Made by a program: the position numbers and the translations under genes. DNA of 64,000 bases from a virus, in the IMG/VR virus record IMGVR_UViG_3300019477_000133, positions 6,076 to 70,075 of that record; one strand, 5' to 3'. This document shows, one piece after another, positions 27,650 through 35,915 of this stretch (its first letter is position 1; every line of letters starts with the position of its first letter). Under the pieces are notes generated by a model. The model was given only the letters and a program-made list of their open reading frames with translations. It had not been told where the DNA came from and searched no databases.

Positions 27650-27853
27650 TCCTGAGTTCGAGTCCCAGTGGGCAACTCATACATTTACAAAAAGTAATAC
27701 CCATGCAAATGGTTTCTTGGCTAAGAATGATGCTAATTGTAATTTTAAACAAAACTAATTCAGTAATTGATAGAATTTAGTCGACATAAATTCTTGATAG
27801 CTACGTTGGTAACGTTACAACCAAATTATATCCTATTACATATAGGAGAATCA

Positions 27854-27927
27854 CAGTGCATTAGTTCAGTAGGTTAGAATACTGCCCTGTCACGGCATAG
27901 GTCACGGGTTCGAGTCCCGTATGCACT
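27854..27927 (+). tRNA. tRNA-Asp(GTC)
   Basis: acceptor agtgcat/atgcact, anticodon loop ctGTCac, T-arm acggg-ttcgagt-cccgt. Confidence 0.75.
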
Positions 27928-27936
27928 GCATAAAAT

Positions 27937-28031
27937 CTTCTGTGTGCTGTTATGGTATCAGACGTGCGAAAGCAGCATTGGTTTAATCCAAAAGAGCAGA
28001 GCGTTTAGTTGGTTCGAATCCAACCACAGAA
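27937..28031 (+). tRNA. atypical 95-nt tRNA-like RNA: perfect 7-bp acceptor ttctgtg/cacagaa and T-arm gttgg-ttcgaat-ccaac, with an abnormal anticodon/variable region carrying the motif aaaagagcag
   Basis: hand fold; anticodon unresolved; may contain an intron or insertion or be a tRNA-like ncRNA. Confidence 0.3.
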
Positions 28032-28044
28032 GATACTTACAACC

Positions 28045-28166
28045 ACCTCACTTAGCTCAGTTGGTTAGAGCGACGTTACCAAGAATTTTTCCTGTATGGA
28101 AAAGAGCAGCAAAGTTTAAATTTGATTTGTAATCCGTGTGTCATCGGTTCAAGTCCGATAGTGAGG
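28045..28166 (+). tRNA. atypical 122-nt tRNA-like RNA: acceptor cctcact/agtgagg (7/7), canonical D-arm gctc-agttggtta-gagc, T-arm atcgg-ttcaagt-ccgat, ~50 nt extra in the anticodon/variable region. Internal hairpin ttttc-ctGTAtg-gaaaa could be a Tyr anticodon arm. Shares the aaaagagcag...gttta motif with 27937-28031.
   Basis: hand fold. Confidence 0.3.
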
Positions 28167-28176
28167 TGGAATTTTA

Positions 28177-28248
28177 TTAGGGGATGGAGCAGAGGTAGCT
28201 TGCTGGGCTCATAACCCAGAGGTCGGGGGTTCGACTCCCTCTCCCCCA
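28177..28248 (+). tRNA. tRNA-Met/Ile2-type (CAT), copy 1
   Basis: anticodon stem ctggg/cccag with loop ctCATaa, T-arm ggggg-ttcgact-ccctc; one A.C mismatch in the acceptor stem. Confidence 0.65.
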
Positions 28249-28317
28249 ACAACTTAGGAAACAAACAGCAGATTTTCTCTTTTTTTATGGAATAAAAATA
28301 ATAATGTTTCCTTAACT

Positions 28318-28388
28318 TTGAGATATGGTGTAATGGTAACACTGTAGGTTTTGGTCCTGCCATTATAGGTTCGACTCCTATTGTCTCA
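28318..28388 (+). tRNA. tRNA-Gln(TTG)
   Basis: acceptor tgagata/tgtctca, D gtgt/acac, anticodon stem gtagg/cctgc with loop ttTTGgt, T-arm atagg-ttcgact-cctat. Confidence 0.75.
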
Positions 28389-28393
28389 ACAAA

Positions 28394-28467
28394 TGCTTTA
28401 GTAGCTCAGCTGGTTAGAGCACCTGACTGTTAATCAGGAAGTCGCAGGTTCGAGTCCTGCCTGAAGC
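28394..28467 (+). tRNA. tRNA-Asn(GTT)
   Basis: acceptor gctttag/ctgaagc, anticodon stem cctga/tcagg with loop ctGTTaa, T-arm gcagg-ttcgagt-cctgc. Confidence 0.8.
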
Positions 28468-28495
28468 GCATGGAAGTATCTTAAGAAGACTTTCA

Positions 28496-28539
28496 AGAGA
28501 GTGCCACCGAGTAATGCAAGCATAGGTGGACAACACTCT
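28496..28539 (+). other. nested hairpin (gagagtg-ccacc...ggtgg-cactctc) between tRNA genes; possible processing or structural element
   Basis: inverted repeats read directly. Confidence 0.3.
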
Positions 28540-28601
28540 CGTCCAAAGAAGTATGGTATTATGACATTATAAAATAGAGTATTACCTGAATCGCATAATT
28601 A

Positions 28602-28673
28602 TTGCAGGATAGAGCAGTGGTAGCTTGCTGGGCTCATAACCCAGAGGTCGGGGGTTCGACTCCCTCTCCTGCA
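28602..28673 (+). tRNA. tRNA-Met/Ile2-type (CAT), copy 2, with encoded CCA
   Basis: acceptor tgcagga/tcctgca, D gagc-agtggta-gctt, anticodon loop ctCATaa, T-arm ggggg-ttcgact-ccctc, followed by ACCA. Confidence 0.8.
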
Positions 28674-28680
28674 ACCATTC

Positions 28681-28767
28681 TGGAGAGTTGGCTGAGTGGC
28701 TTAAAGCGCTGGTCTTGAAAACCAGAGGACAGTAAAATGTTCCAAGAGTTCGAATCTCTTACTCTCC
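28681..28767 (+). tRNA. tRNA-Ser(TGA)
   Basis: acceptor ggagagt/actctcc, anticodon stem ctggt/accag with loop ctTGAaa, long variable arm, T-arm aagag-ttcgaat-ctctt. Confidence 0.8.
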
Positions 28768-28775
28768 TCTTATAT

Positions 28776-28867
28776 TGGAGATTTAAGCCTAATTGGTAAG
28801 GCAGCAGTTTGCTAAACTGCCAGTAATCGTAGTAATATGGTGTATAGGTTCGAATCCTATAATCTCC
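28776..28867 (+). tRNA. tRNA-Ser(GCT)
   Basis: acceptor ggagatt/aatctcc, anticodon stem gcagt/actgc with loop ttGCTaa, long variable arm, T-arm atagg-ttcgaat-cctat. Confidence 0.75.
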
Positions 28868-29294
28868 GCATTTGCGATTTTTGAATGGAATAATAGAAAA
28901 ACAAAAATGAAGTATGGATTTTGTACCTAAATGGTTTTATTGAGGGATTTTCCCCACATACATTTTTTAGAATAAGGAAATATTTTAGTTTTTCGAAAGA
29001 TTCTATTTTAGAAAAGATTGTATTATTAATTTAAAGAGTAAGTTATGAAAAAGAATTATGTAACACCAGAGGTGGAAATTTACACGGCTTTAGTGGAGCA
29101 GCCATTTATGAGTTTATCTACAGTTAAATTTGGTGACGTGACAAATGGTGGAGAAAATACTGACGAGAACGGTGTACTGCCATCAGATACTCCTACAGAC
29201 GATGAGTGGGGTGAAATTGGTTGGGACTAATTACAACAACTATCGAGAGTATTAATTATCAAGCGTAACAAATTAAAAATGAATAATATAAAAA

Positions 29295-31175
29295 ATGAAT
29301 AAACTAATAGTAAAATCAATGCTACTTATTATAGTAGCAGTACCTATGCTGGTATCATGTAGTTCAGATGATATTGTTGACCACGTGCAATCGGTTGAAC
29401 AGCAAAGTAATGTAACAACTATTTATGTGCACACTCCGCAGAAGCCAGAGACTCGTGCTACGGTAGTGGGTGCTTATGATGTGCCTAATGTAGTAAACAG
29501 CACGTATCCAACATCAGGCAAAATAACAAGTTATAAGTACATTTGGTCCGTTGGCGACAAGCTTTATACGTATGACCCAATCAACGATTTTGTCAGCACA
29601 TTTATATGTAAGTCAGTTGATGGCGATGCAGGAGCTACATTTATTTCTACAAATGCTAAGTGGACTACAGGCAGTAAAATCTACCTGTTTGCATCAAGAG
29701 AGGAGCCTACAGTGATTAACCATAATGAGGTGAATTTCAATTATATCAATCCAGCTAACGCAGGCTTTGCATGGGGAGATGCTGACAAGAACACGGCAGT
29801 GCTTACCAATACAAACTTTACAGGTGTAGGCGAGATAGAAAAGTGCCCAGAACTTGCTAATAATGGTACTCCTGTAAGAATGGAATGTACACTTGATGTT
29901 ACGCCATCTATGACAATGTACTTCCGTGATATGATGCATGATTATCAGAGCGTTTCATTGACACAAAGTGTAAAGAAAGGTGCATACGATGGTTATTATG
30001 ACGGTGCAACATACAACTTGCTTACTAAGAAGTACACTCCAGGCATGCTTCGAAACACATGGCTTACTCTATCAAATAAGAATCCAGATAGTTTCGGCAA
30101 AGGAGTGATTTATATGCCTTTGGCTGAAACGAAGTACGACAAAGTAACTATCTCTCTTATTGGTAAAAACAAGAACATAGAGGGTGATGAGACTACAGTA
30201 CGCAGCATCAATATAAAGAAGAATTTTGATGCAACTGCACAGAGTAACTATTACAACCTCGGCGATATGGCTAAATGGCCTAAGGATGCAGACCATCTAT
30301 ACATCATTGGTGACGCAACACCTTTTGGATGGGCACAGTCTACTTCAAAAACTGATAATAGTACACGTATTTGGCCTTTTACTCAGAAGATGAAGAATGA
30401 AGGAAATGGCGTATTTACATATATTGGTCCAGCTTTAGGTTCTAATGCGCCAACACAAATGTACCAACCATTGGATACAATACATCGGAATATAAGTAGT
30501 GGCAATGGAACATTTAAGTTCTACTTCTTCAATAACGGTCTTTATGAGTGTGCAGGTCTTCTGCGTGATACAGGCAATGAAACTGATAATGTGACTACTG
30601 CTTACTATTCTACTTATGATAATGCAAAACGTTATGCAGATTCTAAGTGGAAAGTAAATGAAGCTAAGGTTCATAAGATTACGGTTAACGTGCGTACTAA
30701 TAAGGTGACAGTAGAACCTTACACAGGTGCACCACTGCCTGAACTGAAGATTACAAAACAAGATGGTGCTAAGGTAACTATCAATAAACTTTGGTTGTTC
30801 GGTTCAGCAACTCCTGATAATGTTAACTATATTTCTACCAGACCCCTCGCATTTAATTATAATGCAGTAGACGACCCAAATCACTTTGTATGGGAAGGCT
30901 ATTTGAAAGCTGGTTATGTTAAGTTTCCCTATATCTTTGGTGATTACGATTTTCATCAGTCAAGTTATTTGATGCCTATAGACGGTAATACTACAGCCCC
31001 ACTTACAGTTGGTGTGTTTTATGTACATCCAGCTTCTATTATAGATGGCACCCCTATGAAAATGAAAGTCGGGGTAGATGGAGGTCATGATAATCAGTGG
31101 AAAATAACTACTCCTGGTAAATACAGAATAGTTGTAGACGTAAATAAAATGGAAGTTACTTTTATAAAGAAGTAA
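29295..31175 (+). CDS. large surface lipoprotein (lipobox LVSCSS)
   Basis: signal peptide plus Cys: MNKLIVKSMLLIIVAVPMLVSCSSDD; 626 aa; locally higher GC than the phage average. Confidence 0.6.
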   Translation: MNKLIVKSMLLIIVAVPMLVSCSSDDIVDHVQSVEQQSNVTTIYVHTPQKPETRATVVGAYDVPNVVNSTYPTSGKITSYKYIWSVGDKLYTYDPINDFVSTFICKSVDGDAGATFISTNAKWTTGSKIYLFASREEPTVINHNEVNFNYINPANAGFAWGDADKNTAVLTNTNFTGVGEIEKCPELANNGTPVRMECTLDVTPSMTMYFRDMMHDYQSVSLTQSVKKGAYDGYYDGATYNLLTKKYTPGMLRNTWLTLSNKNPDSFGKGVIYMPLAETKYDKVTISLIGKNKNIEGDETTVRSINIKKNFDATAQSNYYNLGDMAKWPKDADHLYIIGDATPFGWAQSTSKTDNSTRIWPFTQKMKNEGNGVFTYIGPALGSNAPTQMYQPLDTIHRNISSGNGTFKFYFFNNGLYECAGLLRDTGNETDNVTTAYYSTYDNAKRYADSKWKVNEAKVHKITVNVRTNKVTVEPYTGAPLPELKITKQDGAKVTINKLWLFGSATPDNVNYISTRPLAFNYNAVDDPNHFVWEGYLKAGYVKFPYIFGDYDFHQSSYLMPIDGNTTAPLTVGVFYVHPASIIDGTPMKMKVGVDGGHDNQWKITTPGKYRIVVDVNKMEVTFIKK

Positions 31176-31187
31176 GTATGCTTAACA

Positions 31188-31216
31188 AAGGGGAATTTAA
31201 TATAGTTCCCCTTTTA
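31188..31216 (+). terminator. rho-independent terminator
   Basis: aggggaa...ttcccct hairpin plus TTTT. Confidence 0.55.
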
Positions 31217-31217
31217 A

Positions 31218-31291
31218 GGACTTGTAGCTCAGTTGGTCAGAGCAGCAGTCTCATAAACTGAAGGTCCCTGGTTCAAGCCCAGGCTGGTCCA
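31218..31291 (+). tRNA. tRNA with a CAT anticodon (third copy; Ile2-lysidine- or Met-type)
   Basis: D gctc-agttggtca-gagc, anticodon loop ctCATaa, T-arm cctgg-ttcaagc-ccagg; one mismatch each in the acceptor and anticodon stems. Confidence 0.6.
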
Positions 31292-31309
31292 CTTAAAAAA
31301 ATCAGTAAT

Positions 31310-31570
31310 ATGATAGAAATGATATTATGTTTATTACTTGGAATTATTATTGGAATCATACTTTTTCCAATTGGAATATTTTTAAGAGCAAAAAATTCAG
31401 GTTGGGATGACAGTAATGTTTTTAATATTTTTCATGTATTATTTCATTTGGCTTTGCATCCAGATGATTTCACTAAGATGTATTACAAGAATGGTAGTAA
31501 ACCATTCTGGTATCTGACGAAAGATGAGTTCTCAGAAGTTTTAAGAATAAGACCAACTTCAGAAGAATAG
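31310..31570 (+). CDS. small membrane protein
   Basis: 86-aa ORF with a hydrophobic N-terminus. Confidence 0.3.
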   Translation: MIEMILCLLLGIIIGIILFPIGIFLRAKNSGWDDSNVFNIFHVLFHLALHPDDFTKMYYKNGSKPFWYLTKDEFSEVLRIRPTSEE

Positions 31571-31594
31571 ATATTAATTTAAATCAAAGCATAT

Positions 31595-32422
31595 ATGAAG
31601 AAAATTGTTACGTTTATTGCTACTGCAATCTTTGCTGTAACAGCATTAACAAGCTGTTCATTTACAAACCCATCATACGATGAAGAAGTAGCTTTAAAGA
31701 TGAAGCCATGGTTTGTTGGTAGTACTGGTGTAGACCCTACCCCTGTTAATGACTTAACATGTATTGCATGGACAACATCAGCTGTGAGTTTCTATATTCT
31801 TCCTCAAAAGGTGGAGTTCAAATTCGATGACTTGCTTTCAAACGACAACACACCTTTGGATGTAAGCATGTATATGGTCTTGCAGGTTCAGAAAGGTCAT
31901 ACTCCTGAATTGTTACAAAACTATGGTGAAGACTGGTATAAGACATTCATTGAACCATATTTCAAGAATAAGGTACGTGAATACGTTTCTACATGTTCTC
32001 CATTTGATTTGATGAGTAATCGTGAAGTACTTATTCAACTTGACACTGAAATTGCTAAGTCAATGAGAATTTATATTCAGCAACTTTCAAAGACAAGAGG
32101 TAACTTCCCTGTTACTATTCAGCAGGTTACTACAGATAGGGTAATGCCTAACAAGGAACAACTTGATGAAATGAACAAGACAGCTGCTGCTATTCAAGCA
32201 AAGCAGACACAGGAGAAGAAAGCTGAAATGGAGTTAGCAAGAGCCAAAGCTGAAAAGAATAAGGCTATTGCAGATAAGGCTTATATGAACGAATTGGCAC
32301 TTTCTCCGCAGCAGTTTATTCAACTTCGTGTATGGGACGTTATCGCAAGTAAGCAGGGTGCTAATATTGATGTACTTGTTGGTTCTGGAGAAACTCCCAT
32401 GTGGAATATTAAACAGAAATGA
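31595..32422 (+). CDS. lipoprotein with a C-terminal coiled-coil (possibly SPFH/band-7-like)
   Basis: MKKIVTFIATAIFAVTALTSCSF lipobox. Confidence 0.5.
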   Translation: MKKIVTFIATAIFAVTALTSCSFTNPSYDEEVALKMKPWFVGSTGVDPTPVNDLTCIAWTTSAVSFYILPQKVEFKFDDLLSNDNTPLDVSMYMVLQVQKGHTPELLQNYGEDWYKTFIEPYFKNKVREYVSTCSPFDLMSNREVLIQLDTEIAKSMRIYIQQLSKTRGNFPVTIQQVTTDRVMPNKEQLDEMNKTAAAIQAKQTQEKKAEMELARAKAEKNKAIADKAYMNELALSPQQFIQLRVWDVIASKQGANIDVLVGSGETPMWNIKQK

Positions 32423-32439
32423 TAATTAAATAATTAATA

Positions 32440-32512
32440 GCTGAATGAGCACGATTGGTTGTGCAACTGATTTGTAATCAGTAGGCTGTGGGTTCGAGTC
32501 CCACATTCAGCT
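32440..32512 (+). tRNA. tRNA-Thr(TGT)
   Basis: acceptor gctgaat/attcagc, D gcac/gtgc, anticodon stem actga/tcagt with loop ttTGTaa, T-arm gtggg-ttcgagt-cccac. Confidence 0.8.
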
Positions 32513-32517
32513 CATAT

Positions 32518-32590
32518 TGAGTAGTAGCTCAGGTGGTAGAGCGATGGTTTGAAGGTCCATGCGTCGGTGGTTCGAATCCACCCTATTCAA
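32518..32590 (+). tRNA. tRNA-Phe(GAA)
   Basis: acceptor tgagtag/ctattca, anticodon stem atggt/tccat with loop ttGAAgg, T-arm ggtgg-ttcgaat-ccacc. Confidence 0.8.
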
Positions 32591-32615
32591 CTAAACATAT
32601 GAAAATATGATATTT

Positions 32616-32688
32616 AGCCCCATCGACAAGCGGTTTAAGTCGCCACTCTTTCACGGTGGAGTCACGAGTTCGAATCTCGTTGGGGTTA
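32616..32688 (+). tRNA. tRNA-Glu(TTC), copy A
   Basis: acceptor agcccca/tggggtt, anticodon stem ccact/ggtgg with loop ctTTCac, T-arm acgag-ttcgaat-ctcgt. Confidence 0.7.
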
Positions 32689-32716
32689 CTAACAATTCTA
32701 AAAAAAAATAATAAAA

Positions 32717-33859
32717 ATGTTAAGAGGGATTAAGATAAGATTATATCCAAACAATACACAAGAGCAGGTACTCAATAAGGTGCTTGGGTGTTACCGTTTT
32801 GTTTATAACCAAATGCTTGCTCGAAAACAGAATGCTTATAAAACAGATAAAACAAACTTATCTGTTACCGATTTATCAAAATGGTTTCATGGAACATTGT
32901 TAAAGGATGAACAATATGCTTGGCTGAAAGAACAGAACACGAAGGTGATGAAACAAGCAATCAGACAAATGGATGGTGCTTACCAAAACTTCTTCAAACA
33001 ACATAATGGTTTTCCAAAATTTAAAACAAAGAAGGATAAACAATCGGCATTATTCCCATATGAAGCCATTTCCAAAAAGAATACATTTGAAACCAAACAT
33101 ATCAGTTTGACAACCTCATTAAAGAATATTAAGTTCCGTTGTTCAGATTTGTATTTCAGAAGATTACAAAAGTATAATAAGAATATAAGAAGTGCTACCT
33201 TATCGAAGACCAAGAGTGGTAATTTCTTCTTATCTATCCTTGTTGAATTGGATGATACTGAATTAAAGAAATTTGAACATACAAACAAGCAAGTTGGTAT
33301 TGACCTTGGAGTCAAAGATTTTGTAATCACGTCTGATGGTGAGGTATTTGATAACAAACATTTTTTCAAAGAGAAAGAGAAAGAAGTAAGGATGCTTCAA
33401 AGACAATTGTCAAGAAAAGTTAAAGGTTCTAACAATTGGAATAAGCAACGTGTTAGAATTGCAAAAGCATTTGAAAGACTTACCAACCAAAAGGAAGCCT
33501 ATATACATAGTGTTGTGAATGAGTTATTAACTTATTATGACACTGTATTTATGGAAGACTTGAATGTGAAAGGAATGCTAAAAAATCATCATCTTGCCAA
33601 AGCTATACAAGAGGTTAGTTTCTATAAGTTCAAGGAAATATTGTTTAGCAAGTCACTTGTTAACGATAAAAGTGTTGTGTTTATTGAAAGATTCTATCCA
33701 TCAAGCAAGACTTGCTCACAATGCGGTTATAAGAAACGAGACTTGAAGTTAAGTGATAGATTTTGGATTTGCCCTGAATGTGGGACAAAACATGACAGAT
33801 ATGTTAATGCTGCCATAAACATATTGTTGGAAGGTCAACGAATACTGGCAGCGGTGTAA
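32717..33859 (+). CDS. tnpB: TnpB (OMEGA RNA-guided nuclease, IS200/IS605 OrfB family), catalytic motifs intact
   Basis: N-terminus IKIRLYPNNTQEQ; RuvC-I VGIDLGVKD; RuvC-II VFMEDLNVKGM; zinc finger CSQCG...CPECG; RuvC-III HDRYVNAAINIL. Confidence 0.85.
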   Translation: MLRGIKIRLYPNNTQEQVLNKVLGCYRFVYNQMLARKQNAYKTDKTNLSVTDLSKWFHGTLLKDEQYAWLKEQNTKVMKQAIRQMDGAYQNFFKQHNGFPKFKTKKDKQSALFPYEAISKKNTFETKHISLTTSLKNIKFRCSDLYFRRLQKYNKNIRSATLSKTKSGNFFLSILVELDDTELKKFEHTNKQVGIDLGVKDFVITSDGEVFDNKHFFKEKEKEVRMLQRQLSRKVKGSNNWNKQRVRIAKAFERLTNQKEAYIHSVVNELLTYYDTVFMEDLNVKGMLKNHHLAKAIQEVSFYKFKEILFSKSLVNDKSVVFIERFYPSSKTCSQCGYKKRDLKLSDRFWICPECGTKHDRYVNAAINILLEGQRILAAV

Positions 33860-33870
33860 TAAAAGAAATA

Positions 33871-34029
33871 ATTAGGTAGCCGTACTACCGAATTTACGCT
33901 TGTGGACTATCCTCCTATGGATGACTGATTGAGTAGTAAACTACTCAATGTACTAAAAAGTAGTGATAGGTTGAAGCAAGAAGTGAAAAGTACCTAAATC
34001 ATAGATTTGCGTAGATTTTCATATACGGT
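33871..34029 (+). ncRNA. candidate omegaRNA (right-end RNA) scaffold of TnpB; begins 11 nt after the tnpB stop codon
   Basis: conserved with 27497-27649 including a covarying hairpin; the position matches where IS605 omegaRNAs are encoded. Confidence 0.55.
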
Positions 34030-34065
34030 GTGACGGTTCGATTCCTTTCGTTCGCTCATTTTCAT

Positions 34066-34137
34066 AGCGCCATCGACAAGTGGTTAAGTCGCTAGCCTTT
34101 CACGCTGGAGTCACGGGTTCGAATCCCGTTGGCGTTA
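34066..34137 (+). tRNA. tRNA-Glu(TTC), copy B (diverged from copy A)
   Basis: acceptor agcgcca/tggcgtt, anticodon stem ctagc/gctgg with loop ctTTCac, T-arm acggg-ttcgaat-cccgt. Confidence 0.7.
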
Positions 34138-34272
34138 CTAATTTGAATGTTGTTCCAATAAGCAAAAAATATATATTCAACAAAATATTATGGATACAAG
34201 TTTTATCACTATTATTATTTGTATTATTGTTGGAATTTTATCAGCAAATTATCTTAAAAATAGTTTTAAAGA

Positions 34273-34707
34273 ATGATAGTACAAGATTTAAAGATAGGTT
34301 ATACGGTTTGTACAGTGACAAGTTTTGGGAGACTAACTATGCCAATGTACATTGCAGGCATTCTTAATGATGGTACTATTTATCTTGACTTCGATAATAA
34401 CGAAGGAGATATGTGGGAAGTTGATATTAAAGATATTGCGCCTGTTAGAATAACGGAAGATATTTTAAGCGATTTCAGTTTTAAAAGAGAATTAAATACT
34501 GAAATGCCTACATATAAAATACCAGATAGTACTATTGAAAGCTATATAGTTGCTACAGATAATGAATGTACATCTTTCTGGTTGACGAATGCTTGTAATG
34601 GAGAATATACAGATAAAAGTATAGGTAATAAGACCTTCAAGTACATACACGAATTGCAGGAATTATTTTATCAAAAATTCAATAAACTTTTACTTATCAA
34701 TATATGA
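34273..34707 (+). CDS. hypothetical protein
   Basis: 144-aa ORF. Confidence 0.35.
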   Translation: MIVQDLKIGYTVCTVTSFGRLTMPMYIAGILNDGTIYLDFDNNEGDMWEVDIKDIAPVRITEDILSDFSFKRELNTEMPTYKIPDSTIESYIVATDNECTSFWLTNACNGEYTDKSIGNKTFKYIHELQELFYQKFNKLLLINI

Positions 34708-35348
34708 AACTACTTGGTTCACATAATAGTTTAAGTTATCTTAGACCTAAAAAATGGTATATGTATCCTTTCATTTTTACTGCTAAATGTCAGAAAGTGA
34801 ATTATAAGGAACAATATAAAAACTATAATATTAGAGTATTTGACCTTAGAGTATGGTTTGACAAGGATGGTAACTTAGAAGTACGACATGGTGCAATGGT
34901 ATATAACATTGACCTAAATGGTGTGTACGAGTTTTTACATTATCTTAATAGTAAGACAGATTCCTATGTAAGAATTATACTTGAAGAAGATAATTTGTCA
35001 AAGCGAGAGAAAAATTCCGCTTGGAAAGAAATACTATTTGAAAAGTTTTGCACTTCTATTGAGACTTTATTTACAAATGTTTATTTCTTTGGTGGAAGAA
35101 GAAAGTTTGATTGGTTGAGAATACATGATTTTAAACATGATGATATTCCTCTTTTAGACTTATATTCAAGTACTACAAGATTTTTTGGTAAAGCAATTTT
35201 TGAAAAAGGAATTAATATGATTCTGAATATGGCAGATGATTGGTATCCTTGGTTGTATGCAAAATTTCACAATAAGAAAAATTATCAGGAATATATAAAT
35301 AATGATAAAGAAGAATGTCTTATGTGTGACTTTATAAACATTAGATAG
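34704..35348 (+). CDS. PLC-like phosphodiesterase (PI-PLC X-domain-like), paralog of 12353-13303
   Basis: GSHNSLSYL and IRVFDLRVWFDKDGNLEVRHG motifs. Confidence 0.4.
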   Translation: MKLLGSHNSLSYLRPKKWYMYPFIFTAKCQKVNYKEQYKNYNIRVFDLRVWFDKDGNLEVRHGAMVYNIDLNGVYEFLHYLNSKTDSYVRIILEEDNLSKREKNSAWKEILFEKFCTSIETLFTNVYFFGGRRKFDWLRIHDFKHDDIPLLDLYSSTTRFFGKAIFEKGINMILNMADDWYPWLYAKFHNKKNYQEYINNDKEECLMCDFINIR

Positions 35349-35351
35349 AAT

Positions 35352-35915
35352 ATGAAAATAGGATTTTTGCTTGGTAGTTTCGACCCGATACATATTGGTC
35401 ATGTGCAAATGATTAATAGTGTTCTGAATAGTGGCTTTGATAAAGTTATAGTTGTACCAACTGTTCAGAATCCATGGAAGGATTCTAAAGCTACTGATTT
35501 TGCTTATCGTTGCCAAATGATAGAGAATGCAATTTCACATTTTGGAGATAAATGCTGCCTTTCTAAGGATGAATTATTGGTTGATGGTACAAACTATTCA
35601 TATAAAGTATTATCGCTTCTTAGAGAGAAATACAAAGACAATGAGTTATTTATCATAGCTGGTTCTGATTGTGTTAATGACATACCGAAATGGAAAAATT
35701 ATAATTCAGATATAGAACCATATTTTTCTATTGCTGGATTAAAAAGAAATAAGACGGATGAAATTCCAGATTATGCGATACCAATAGAACAAGATATTGT
35801 TATTCCTATTTCCTCGACATACATAAGACGAATGGTAAAAGAAAAGAAAATTTTTTTTCCATATATAAATGCTGAAAATGAAAAGTTGATAAAAAAGTTG
35901 AATTTGTATCATTAA
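35352..35915 (+). CDS. nadD: nicotinate(amide)-nucleotide adenylyltransferase
   Basis: N-terminal nucleotidyltransferase motif GFLLGSFDPIHIGHV (GxFxPxHxGH). Confidence 0.7.
   Translation: MKIGFLLGSFDPIHIGHVQMINSVLNSGFDKVIVVPTVQNPWKDSKATDFAYRCQMIENAISHFGDKCCLSKDELLVDGTNYSYKVLSLLREKYKDNELFIIAGSDCVNDIPKWKNYNSDIEPYFSIAGLKRNKTDEIPDYAIPIEQDIVIPISSTYIRRMVKEKKIFFPYINAENEKLIKKLNLYH

Larger units (their letters stand above)
32689..34065 (+). mobile_element. TnpB-only IS200/IS605-family-like element (no tnpA) with its 3' structured RNA; boundaries approximate
   Basis: intact tnpB plus the downstream conserved RNA; flanked by the two tRNA-Glu(TTC) genes. Confidence 0.55.

Noticed and set aside
28045-28166. 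Calling the 122-nt element tRNA-Tyr(GTA) outright
   Set aside because: The GTA hairpin has T at position 37 and 14 unexplained nucleotides between the D-arm and this hairpin. It is kept as atypical tRNA-like only.
27592-28363. Small ORFs 27592-27780, 27944-28132 and 28076-28363
   Set aside because: They lie across tRNA genes and the omegaRNA-like element; the region is densely RNA-coding.
34080-34367. ORF 34080-34367 (95 aa)
   Set aside because: Its N-terminal half is the tRNA-Glu(TTC) gene 34066-34137 read as protein (MVKSLAFHAGVTGSNPVG is a translated T-arm), so it is spurious.
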